DNA from: Octopus vulgaris
Lineage: Eukaryota
Reading direction: 5' to 3'
DNA: 64,000 nucleotides
Assembly (NCBI GenBank): GCA_951406725.2
Contig: OX597817.1
Span: forward strand, 84,568,001-84,632,000
This document shows, in pieces, positions 15,031 through 27,673 of the stretch. Under the pieces are notes generated by a model, which did not search any database, was not told where the DNA came from, and worked only from the letters and a program-made list of their open reading frames with translations. Both the position numbers and the translations under genes were made by a program. How positions within the stretch are numbered: position 1 is the first letter of the stretch; each line of letters starts with the position of its first letter.

Positions 15031-15530
15031 CATAAAATGCTGCATTAACCCAGATTTTCGTGGTTAAGAAGCGAACTTCTTAACCATTCAACCGTTCTGC
15101 ATACACATTAGACAATGTAACCCTTGTCATACAAGAGATGCAGCAATGCAGCACATCGAAATTCCAGTCGCTATTTAAAATATATCCCGATTTTTAAATA
15201 GACCAGTATTTTAAAATGTATCAATATATTAGAATATATCAATGCCGCCAACGAAAGCCTACCTAAAAGATTTAATGCGGAAGAAAGAAAACTTCATTAA
15301 AAGAATGATACAAAATTTATTTCTTTGAGAAAAAAATCAACTAACCGCACAACCAACATACAGTTACAGATCGAAAACAACACAAACTTCTATTAACTTT
15401 CTTATTCAATCCTTCGTAAAAGATTTCCATATAACTGAAAAAAACATAATATTTTAAAAAATGCGAAAGTTAATCTCTAAACCTTTCCAGAAAAATCTCG
15501 ATGACACTATTGTTATAAAGAAGAACAATC

Positions 15531-16340
15531 ATGGGATCCTTTCCTTTTGAACGGCAGTTTTCAACACAATTTCTAGTTAACTAAACACTTTTAAATTTCG
15601 TATACTGGTAGAATGTGTCAAAATGAAACATTTTTTTTCTTTTGGCTTTCTTGAGTAAATTGTAATTTATAAGTTTAACGTAGTTTAATTTTTCGAATTT
15701 TAACCAATTGATGGCCTCTATTTAGCTAAAATCATTTGCTGCGTCTAAAACTGAGACAACATCCTGTCATTGACCCTAACCCTAACCCTAACCCTACACT
15801 AACCCTAACCCTAACCCTAACACTAACCCTAACCCTAACCCTAAATTTTAGCCTTTCGGTTGTTTTTTTTTCTTAATTGTTAAATTAATTTAATTGTTAC
15901 GCGTGTCTAAAATTATTCGTTTTGTTTTTGTTTTGAAATACACGTGTATTGTTTAAACTATTTTCCATTGCTTAAGAAAAAAAACGAAAGGCTGAAACGA
16001 AAGCAATGGAAAATAATATAAACAATTAACAAACAAAATAATTCTATAATTTTATACACACGCTTATTCATACAAACGTAACTGAGATGAAATGTGTCAT
16101 AAATAACAGTGACAAACGAAATATACACCGCCGGAAGTTGTTGTTGACAAACAACAGCAATAATTTTATTCAGCTGAATACACGTCATTGATTGCTTGAA
16201 ATTACCGAAATACGACAACTTTAACACGAAATAACTTTGAAAATACAAACTTTTCTCAACAACACTAAAAGTAAAAGATGTTTTATATGACACATTCTAC
16301 CAGTGTCCGAAGTTTGAAAGTGTTTAGTTACAAAAAATGT
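15531..16340. mobile_element. Inverted-repeat element carrying an internal (CCCTAA)n tract
   Basis: ~65-bp inverted repeats at ~15568-15635 and ~16273-16340. Telomeric-type tract at 15774-15844. Confidence 0.6.
15774..15844 (-). repeat. Interstitial telomeric repeat (TTAGGG)n, ~12 units with variants
   Basis: ccctaa repeats seen directly. Confidence 0.95.
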
Positions 16341-17539
16341 GCCCGAAATGATCTTTGGATACTTCCATGTTAGAAAGGGTTTTAATCAAAATATTTTAAT
16401 TGTATTATTATGTAAAATATTTAATTAGTTTAAATGTACACATGCATAAAAATGATTTTTAATTCCATTAGACATTCTAAAATACTATTAAATTTCATTC
16501 AATTTTAACAAAGGTAAAATCGGACAGACCTTATGGGATGACTTGATACAAATAAAAAAACCTCTGTGGTTAAAATATTCTTTTAACTTTTGCAAAAAAG
16601 AATTCCCCACCCAATCACAATTGCCACTAATTTTTAAATATGAACACAGATATCTCCTAATCAACCATCAAGTCTATACTTAATAAATATTTTGGTTAGG
16701 AAGTAGTATATTGCACATACTAAAACCACATAGTAATTTTCCTATTTTATCTTCCTTGGTCATTCGAATCATTCTGTCTGCCCACTTATCTCTTCGTCTT
16801 CCCTATCCATCTTCTAATTCTTCTTTCTCGTATAGCAGACTAATCTCTTAGTCCTTCAACATTAGATTTAGCCACCACGCACTACTTCAATAACCCTAAT
16901 AAGAAAACCACGATTTCCCTATTTGAATATTAAAATCATCCAACACTCCATACAACATCCACTCGCATGTCACACCGTACCAGCAGGGCAAAACGAAACA
17001 TGTCAAATTTGTACCAATAAATCATGTTATTCTCTAAACAAAGACATACATATATATGTGTAATATATATGTGTATGAGTGTGTGTGTGGTAATAGAACA
17101 GATAAAAGTGTTGTGAGAGATTAGATATTTATTCCAGTCGTTTACAGTAGTTTCATATTCTTGTTAATGTGTATATGTATTGCAGCAGTATTAACGCCAA
17201 GCAGTATTTAGGCATAAGCAACATTTAGGTTAGTTGAAATATGCTTGTGCCATATTTCAACTTCTAAAGGTAAATTCATTGCAGTTACCTTCGAGAAAAA
17301 TTTCTCTCTTATGGCAAAACGGTGTAAAAGCGTTTTGCCACAATAGTGGCTGTGTTTTAATTAAAGCTACGGTTTTAATTAAGTCTGTCCAGAGTTGCCT
17401 CTCTTCGGTATTTCCCATTGATAAAAGCTAAAGAGCTAGGAAGACGTCTGGGAATCCGACAGGGGGCACCACTGGACAGATGTGATGCTTTACATCCTTT
17501 TACCATAACAGAGAATTTTTTCCTCGCGGCAACTGCTGT

Positions 17540-19978
17540 GAATTTGCCTTTCGAGTGGTCCAGTCAGTACCTGTCAGACAATTGGAAACGTCTGAACAGA
17601 ACTTTGAGGCATTTACATCCCCTCCTATTACTATCTCTGCCCACGTAGTCTAGATTCGTGTCTAGGGTAGCGTTCCAATCCCCCACTAAAAGTAAAGATC
17701 GAGACGTTCTCAGGAAAACCTCTAGACGTCGAAAGAAATCTGGCCGACCTGTTAAGGACAGTGCATAAACTATTATCAGTCGAAAAGCACACTCAATGCT
17801 GCTATCGACATCTAAGACGACCAGCCTACCCTCCGGGTCTTGGAAAATTGCTCTTACTTTGAGGTCCAGACTCTTCCGAAGAAGCACCACGGTGCCACCT
17901 CCTCCCATTCTCGGCAGACACGGAGAAAAATAAATGTCGAAATGTGCGCCGAACATGTGCTGTAGTGCCCGCGGGCTTTGGAGTCTAGTCTCACTGATGG
18001 CTATGATATGCAGATTTTGTGACGATGTCGTTTAACAGGTAGCTTTGTTTCCAAGGTGACCTCAAGCCACGTACATTTATACTGCCTATTTTGAGCATGT
18101 TCCTATCCAAAGTTGTGTTTTATACACGAAAGGAAGACGAAAGAGAATGAGAGAGAGAGAGAGTCACTTACTGTTCGAAAGTTCTTTGTCCTTCATCTCA
18201 GTCTTCTTCCAGAAGGTTTTTGTACAGTTTTTTGGACAGATATTTTTGAAATCTCCCAACTACATCCGGGTAGAGAGGTTTCAGGGTGCTGTGTGTGTTT
18301 TGTGTTATGTGTATGATTTTAATGTGTTGTGGTGGTGCTGTGCGTGGGGGATTCTTTGTTTTGGTATCATTTTCTGTAATTTTGGTATTTGACTTAATGT
18401 ATCCCATTAGGTCTGGGTTGTTGGTGTTTATGGCTGTCAACATTGTTGGGGGTTTGGTGTTAGTGTGTTTGTGCTGATGTTTTTGTTTTCTGCGGGTGTT
18501 TTGGTTTCGGGAGTGGTAAACCTCCCTGCTTTGTTTGTCTGCTTCTCTATTCTTTTTCACCTACCCCCACCCCTGTGGCCATTTGCTAATCCTCTGTATC
18601 GTCTTCATCTGACGACATGTCGGAGGAATCAGAAGGTAGGAGGGGAAGGGTATTGGGGTCTATTTCTAAGTATGTTGACTTTGTTGTTGGTGGTGGTGGT
18701 TGTGGTGGTGGTGATGATGGTTTTGTTTCTGTTCTTGGTGGCGCTGGTAGCGGTGTTGTTTGGTTGGGACTGAATTGTTGGTTGCTGATGTTCCATCATT
18801 TGTTTGTAGAGCTTTTTAATTAGTTGTGCATAAGGCGATGTGGGTAGCAGTGCTGGTTTTTTGCACGGTTTTTTGTTTTCTTCTGGTTGTTCTTGTTTTT
18901 CATGATCTTGCTGTCGTTGTTGTTGCTGTTGTTTCTGTGCTAGTGGGCACGTAATTTGTAAGTGTGCTTTGCTACCACAAACGTAGCAACGTGGCTTTCT
19001 GCCTTCGACGGATTCGATGTGGATTTTTTTCGAAAATCATCGGATTAATTTGAGCAAGGATTTCTATTTCTTGGCCAATCCAGTTTTGCTGATCCACGAC
19101 AGCGATTTCCAAAATATGGATTTCGTCCTCGATGTCATAGCAAATGGCGGACACGAGCCATTTTATTTCTATTTCCTGAGGCACATTCTTTATTTTAATT
19201 TTTGTGACCTTACGACCAAGGTATGTAGGGATCATCAGTAAATTTTCAAATTGGAAGGACTTTGTGGAGAGGTCCTTGACTCTTTCTTCACTGTCGAATC
19301 GAACTTCGATTCTGGCAAATCTGTTTCGCCTCATGATGTAGTCTTTAAAGGTCCATATAGGCCTTAAACATTTTTCAACATTTTCTTGGGTGGCCTTTTC
19401 GTATAGCCTTGTTTTTAGGTTGAGTGTCCCGTGAATAATTGTTTTGTTGAGGTTTTTTTCGATTTTTTCCGTGTTGTTTTGTAGTGTCTATTTGTACACG
19501 GAGGTCGTCTTTTTTTAACATTGCTTTACATGCGAACAGTTCTTCTTTGGAAAAGCACATGACTGTTTTCTTCAACTTTAATGCTGCGGCAAAATTGTTT
19601 TCGGTATTCGTGTTGGTTGTGGTGGTGATGGCGGTAGTGGTGGTAGCAGTGGTTATAGTAGCAGAAGCATTCGTGCCTTCTAAGGCCTGTGTGCGTTCAC
19701 GCGGAACGACTTTACTTTCAGCCTCCTTCGCATCTAACGTTAGTAGAGGCGGGAAATCGGCCTCATGGCTTCGCTTAACCATATTTGTTTAGAAATTTGG
19801 CAAGGAAATCGAAGAAAATAGAAATGTAAATAGGTTTGAAACTGCCCCTAGGGGGTCAATTCCACACTTTGAAAACACACTCAAACGAAAGCTGGGTGCA
19901 AAATTTGAAACAAAATGTGCGCAATAAAAGGTCGAAAACAGGGGTTACCTGCGGAGCCGATGCGACATCACATTAGTC
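17540..19978 (-). mobile_element. Tx1/L1-type LINE, 5' half (5' UTR, ORF1 with zinc knuckle, ORF2 APE endonuclease)
   Basis: ORF1 starts at 19782 and is frameshifted, with a CYVCGSKAHLQITC CCHC knuckle near 18950-18990. ORF2 starts at 18098: MLKIGSINVRGL..ISETRL..GRLVVLDV..VYA..LVGDWNA. Confidence 0.85.
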
Positions 19979-21327
<1,349 letters not shown>

Positions 21328-21396
<69 letters not shown>

Positions 21397-21397
21397 T

Positions 21398-21483
<86 letters not shown>
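21328..21483 (+). repeat. (GATA)n microsatellite
   Basis: Seen directly. Confidence 0.97.
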
Positions 21484-22231
21484 GCCTATTTACCTTGAAA
21501 GAAATAATTCACACTTTGAATGTCTTTAATCATAATTGTACTTAATCGAATCTCTCAGAAACGAAATACATCGAACACTTATTTTTTAAATGTCGGTTTG
21601 TTTTAATAAATTATGACCTCGTGAACTAATTTTCACATAAAGCACTAAAATTATTTCCTCAGATTAAGGAGAACAAGAGTGCTCATCTCCCCGAGAGATA
21701 TATTTTTGTGGAGTACACATTATATATGTATTATACTGTGCTTTACTCTAGAGATTAGATTAAAGTAGCACCCGGAAGGCACAAATTGTAGCAACGTAGC
21801 TATTGAAATACAATAGAATCGCTTCACTCTCTTATATACTGTTCTTCACACTTCTATACTGTTCTTTACACACCATGACGACACTCCGGCACTACTGAAC
21901 TTCTCTGTATCAGACGAGCTATCGAGGGATACTCTAAACAGTTATTCGACATGCTAGAAATAGTTGCTAAATCTCCCCTAAATCATATCCCATACTACCT
22001 TAAAGAAAGGTGCATTAGAAAATGTTTCGGTGAGCTATCGAGGGAGACTCTACGCAATTATTCGATGTGCTAGAAATAGAAGTCAAATCTCCCTCGGAAA
22101 GATATATTAGAAAATGTTTCGGTGGTTCTCTGCCGTTCAGTTGTTTCATCAACTGAAATATCTACTTCTGACTTAACGTGTAATTGTACATTCCACAGAA
22201 TATTAAAACAATTTCTCATTACTAAATTTGA

Positions 22232-22310
<79 letters not shown>

Positions 22311-22314
<4 letters not shown>

Positions 22315-22609
22315 GGACGAGGTCATTTGACCTTGTTATCTCCCCTACTATCCCTCTTGCGTCTAACGTCTGATCTCTGACTTCTGGTCGAAATCAGACC
22401 GCCATGTTGATTTGTTAGCTCCTGCACGCCTTTTTTTCTCTCCTTGTTTCTCTCCGTGTTTCTTTTCTGTGTATCTTTCTGTTGAAGAGCGTAGGCTCGA
22501 AACGTAAAAGACTTGTTTTATTTCTATTCCTGAGCGCCATACTAATACAATTGTTTGTTTGTACTCCACCTGCCTTCGTCTTTTGTTTATTTTCGTAAAG
22601 CTTCCTGTT
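22311..22609 (+). mobile_element. Short Penelope-like pLTR element inside (TA)n
   Basis: Contains a hammerhead-like motif. Homologous to 59845-60025 (minus). Confidence 0.6.
22474..22511 (+). ncRNA. Minimal hammerhead-like motif with variant core (CUGUUGA)
   Basis: TCTTT-CTGTTGA-A-GAGC-GTAG-GCTC-GAAA-CG-TA-AAAGA. Perfect stem I and stem II, palindromic stem III ACGT. Confidence 0.6.
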
Positions 22610-22689
22610 ATATATATATATATATATAAGTTCTTCTATGCAAATTCTCTGTGACTTCCTCAGTTTCTTGTTCCTTTATTTAGTTGGGT

Positions 22690-23640
22690 TTATTTACATT
22701 TTGCATTTGACAAGTCTATTAGTCACTTCCAATGTTCACTTTGGTGACAGCCGTCACGTCCGGGACTATATTTCGATTGCTTGATAGTATGAAATCAATT
22801 TCATTTCTCATTCTGTCTCCAGGACTTTTCCATGTCCATTTTCTAGCACTTCTTTTAGTAAAAAGACGATATTTTCTATTCTCATTTTTTCATAGGATAC
22901 AAATTCAATTAGTCTTTTTCTTCTTTCCTCCTTCATTTCTTACCTCGTATCCATATTTTCCGGTAACATTTTCACTTTATTATTCCTAATGCCCACTTTT
23001 GCGTTAAAATCCCCTATCACTAAAGTATACTTCACTTTCTCTTCTTTGATGGCACTGCCAACTTACCTGTAAAATATTTCAGTCTCTTCAACATCACAGT
23101 CACTAGTTGACGCATATACTTGGATAATGCCAATTTTGTAATTTTTGTTCAGCTTGATGGTTATTTTGATTATCCGCTCATTTAATGATTTGTAATAGAT
23201 AACATTTCCACCAGCTATATCTTCATTTATTAAGACTCCTAATTTATCAAAAATCCTACGCCTATTTCGCTTATATTTTCTTTACCTTTCCAGAAAAAGT
23301 GTGACCGCTTTTTAGAATGAGTTTGCACTTTCCCTTTCTTTTCACTTCACTGAGACCAACGATATTCCAATGTATATTGTCTAATTCATGTTCCAAGTCC
23401 AAGATTCAAGTGTCATCCATGATACGTACGTTATGCGTAAATATAGTCAGGTTCCAAAAGTGCCCTGTTCTAACCCAGAGATCCTTAGCACCTCCTGCTC
23501 TACTATTGCTCATACCGCCACCGTAGTATGGGATTGTATTGCTGCTGGGGACTGTAGGCCTGGATTGGGGTTTGAGATCATACTGTCATGATGAGCGTAC
23601 TCTGTCACACTGGCTCGACATGGCTTAGCAGAAGGATGCA
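22690..23640 (-). mobile_element. RTE LINE 5' region and APE endonuclease (inverted relative to its RT)
   Basis: GGAKDLWVRTGH..HNVR..LEHELDNIHWNIVGLSEVKR..IIQVYAST..VIGDFNAKVG. Confidence 0.8.
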
Positions 23641-25430
23641 GTTTATACCCGGAAGAATGTAAAACAAAACGGACAAAACTCAGTGAAAATAAAAGAAAGT
23701 CAAGTATGGAGATGATTAAGGAAACAATTGAAGGCAACAAAAGACTTTTGAAAGTTAAGCAAAAGATTACTATAGAACTTAACACAATCATTAGCCTAAA
23801 TTGCAAAGACAGAAAACAGCTTACAGAAAATGTACAAACATTAGAAAGAATAAAAGAATTCAATGAAAACCTAATTCTATGAAAACCTATAACAATCACA
23901 CAAAGAAGTTTCTCAAACAGTAAATTCAAAGGAAGGGATCCCAGGTATTTTGGAAGCAGAAATTAGAAATGTTATAAAGGAAATGAAAACCAATAAAATT
24001 GCAGGTCCAGACAGGGCTGAAATAGTTATAATAAAAGTGGTTGGACCAAGCACAGAGAAGGAACTAGCTAAACTATATATAAACCACCTACATGGACATA
24101 AGATACTGAATATGTTGGAAAATTCCGAACTGACCCTTCTTTATAAAAAAAGGGGGGATGCCAAAGATCTAAAGAATAACAGACCAATCAGTTTACTATC
24201 ACACATCTACAGCATCTTCTCAAAAATCATATCAAAAAGAATTGAGAGAAAACTGGATAAGAACACTACAACAGAACAGGTAGGCTTCAAGAAAAAGCAC
24301 AGTAAACCACATATATGTTATAAATTAATTGAGGGGAAAATGCCAAACTTACAACATAACCATTATACTTAAGATTTGTAGATTTTGAAAAGGCTTTTGA
24401 TTCCGTGGAAATTGATGATATACTTCTTAGTATATCATCAATTTCCACGGACTACGTGAAGCTATTAGAGAATGTGTACACTAACTGTAGTACTACAGCA
24501 ACAATAAACAACAAAGCGATTTATATAAAAAATGGTAAAGGAGCCAGACAAGGAGACACCGTATCACTCAAATTATTCCCATCTGTATTTGGCCAAGATA
24601 GGTTTTTTAAAATTTGTTTGTCAGCTAAAGGAATAAATATAAACGGATGCATCATAAATCATCTCAAATTCGTTGATGATATTGTACTCATTTCCAGGAG
24701 CACTAAATAAAGAACTGAAATGCTTAGAAAACTAAAAGAAGAAAGCAAAAAATGCGGACTCAGAACTTTTAGTAAAACGAAGATAACCGCCAACCATCTA
24801 ATCACACCTAGAAATGTGATAATAGATTATGAAATAGTTGAACATGTAAACCAGTATACCTATCTTGGCCAAATAATCTGCCTAAAGTATAAAAATCAAA
24901 CAATAGAAATTGAACGATGAATACAATTAGGATGAGCAGCCTATGGTAAATTGAATCACATCATGAGCAGCAATTTGCCTAAATGTCTAAAAAGAAAGGT
25001 CTTCAACCAGTGTGTGCTGTCTACCATTACGTATGCATCAGGAACATAGACTACCGACAAGAGCATTGAAAATAAATAAAGAGTCATGGAAAGGAAAATG
25101 CTGACAATTAACAAAGTGGATAAGTTGAGAAACAACAAGATAAGAGTGGCAACAGATTTAACGGATGTTATCTGGAAAATAAAACACTGAAATGGTCTTT
25201 CGCGGGACATGTGTCTAGAAGAAAGGACAATAGATGGAATAGAAAATTGACAGAGTGGACACCACGTCCATAAGAAAAGGAGGGGAAACCATTCAAAAGT
25301 TGAAACGAAGACTTTTTACATACTTCGGCATCCCTAACATGTATGAGGAAAACATCAGACCGTGACGAGTGGAGGGAATATACTGAGGCCTTCGTCCAAT
25401 TGTGGACTCAAGATATGCAAGGATAGAGCA
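23641..25430 (+). mobile_element. RTE LINE reverse transcriptase and 3' end, decayed
   Basis: IAGPD, NNRPISLLSH, FVDFEKAFDSVE, GARQGDTVS, NHLKFVDDIVL and W.FAGHVSR motifs. Confidence 0.88.
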
Positions 25431-26141
25431 AAGTATACCCACTTCTTCACGAAGTTATATCTCAACATTTTATCTAACTAGAACATTGATTTATAAAATG
25501 GTAGGCCACTAGAATTGGTGCTTTGCGATCTATGGTTAAAAGTTTTTTTTAATACATCCAGTGGGATTATCGGTTCACTACACACATCTCTACGAATATT
25601 GAACCTACGTCTAGACGCATCTTAGCTTTTCATAAATTTCTATGCAAAAACGTCAGGAAATGCAAATAATCAACAATAATTAAAGTGTCTGTTTAAAGTG
25701 ATGAAGTCAAGAAAGAAACATTTTCATGTTTCCGTCTAACTAAACTAGTAAATTCACCTGCCGTTTTTATTTGCAAAACAACTACTTCAATTAAATGATA
25801 AGATTTACTTCACCTGCTTTTCCCATTTCCTGCTTGTTTTTATTCAGAAACAAGGCCAGCAACACGATGACATCACTGTATTCTGTTGTTTGTTTTAATG
25901 CAGAGGTACAAATTAACAAACATAAACTTGGTCATATGGGCACATAAAAACACGCGCCCATTTACAAACAATACATACATTTATACATAAATATATAGCT
26001 ACATAAATACATAGTGTAAGAAACAATAAATATTGCAAAGAAGAACATAAGAACAAAGTTTTACAAATATGGTATTAGTTTGACACTTCAGAGGGAGAGA
26101 GAGCGGGAGAGAGAGAGCGGGAGAGAGAGAGCGAGAGAGAG

Positions 26142-26213
<72 letters not shown>

Positions 26214-26689
26214 TGTGTGTGTGTTTTAACGTTTCCGACATTATTTCCTTCATCAAAACGAAAGAGAAAAACATGGGGAAATTGAGAAAGAAAAATGGCG
26301 AGTATATATAAAAGGAGGAAGTACAGATGAGAAAGGTGAATGGCTAGAAACAAAAGGAGTGTTATTTTATTGGGGAGTGAAGAAGCGGGGAGGATGCATA
26401 CCAGTATACGAGGGAGTGTTGTGTATGTGTGTGAGTGTTACAGTATGATGCATGCATGTGTATAGTGCATGCAAGTATGGTGATGCTGGCTAGTGAGGAG
26501 GAGAAAAGGTGTCTACGTGTGTACATGAAATCGTTAGAAAGAGTGTGTGAAGGCATTTGTGAAGACATCTATTTACTGCATACTTACATATATACATATA
26601 CATACTTGAATTATGTGTACATACATATATACATATATACAGACTTATGTATATATATGTATATATATAAATATATATGTATGTATGTG

Positions 26690-26730
<41 letters not shown>

Positions 26731-26732
<2 letters not shown>

Positions 26733-27037
26733 AGGCGTAATGGCCTAGTGGTTAGGGCAGCGGACTCGCGGTCGTAGGATCGTGGTTTCGATTCCCAGAC
26801 CGGGCGTTGTGAATGTTTATTGAGCGAAAACACCTAAAGCTCCACGAGGCTCCGGCAGGGGGTGGTGGCGGTTCCTGCTGTACTCTTTGGCCGCAACTTT
26901 CTCTCACTCTTTCTCCTGTTGGCCTGCTCGCTTAGTCAGCGGGGTGGCATCAGTTGAAGGCTAAAACAATGCGAAGCGCATTGTGACCAGCGATGTGTAG
27001 CAACATCTGATAGCCTGGTCAGTCACGTGATCTCGGG
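26731..27037 (+). mobile_element. tRNA-derived SINE (family A head, alternative tail)
   Basis: A and B boxes. Matches 3684-3865, then diverges. Confidence 0.8.
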
Positions 27038-27045
27038 ATATATAT

Positions 27046-27119
<74 letters not shown>

Positions 27120-27399
27120 CATACATATATATTCTATTTGAAACAGCATCCCCGCAAAAAAGACTTTCATCATAAACGAAAGAAAACACTACGTAAGGAA
27201 TATTAGAGGAACATTCCTGTCAAAATTTCTCACCAAATACAAACATAACAGGTTTGAAATAGTTATTCAGGACAGAAAATATTCAAATACAATTATAGAT
27301 GTCAGCGGGTGGCATCAGTTGAAGGCTAAAACAATGCGAAGCGCATTGTGACCAGCGATGTGTAGCAACATCTGATAGCCTGGTCAGTCACGTGATCTC

Positions 27400-27493
<94 letters not shown>

Positions 27494-27673
27494 CATACAT
27501 ATATATTCTATTTGAAACAGCATCCCCGCAAAAAAGACTTTCATCATAAACGAAAGAAAACACTACGTAAGGAATATTAGAGGAACATTCCTGTCAAAAT
27601 TTCTACCAAATACAAACATAACAGGTTTGAAATAGTTATTCAGGACAGAAAATATTCAAATACAATTATAGAT
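26935..27673 (+). repeat. ~365-bp tandem duplication
   Basis: 26935-27300 is repeated at 27301-27673. Confidence 0.9.

Noticed and set aside
15774-15844. Chromosome end or telomere fusion site
   Set aside because: Short, single orientation and internal to an inverted-repeat element
17234-17540. GIRQGAPL RT-like motif on the + strand
   Set aside because: Probably an old LINE remnant, but too degraded to assign family or boundaries
23450-23640. HDV-like ribozyme expected at an RTE 5' end
   Set aside because: I could not fold a convincing nested double pseudoknot by eye; this needs a descriptor search
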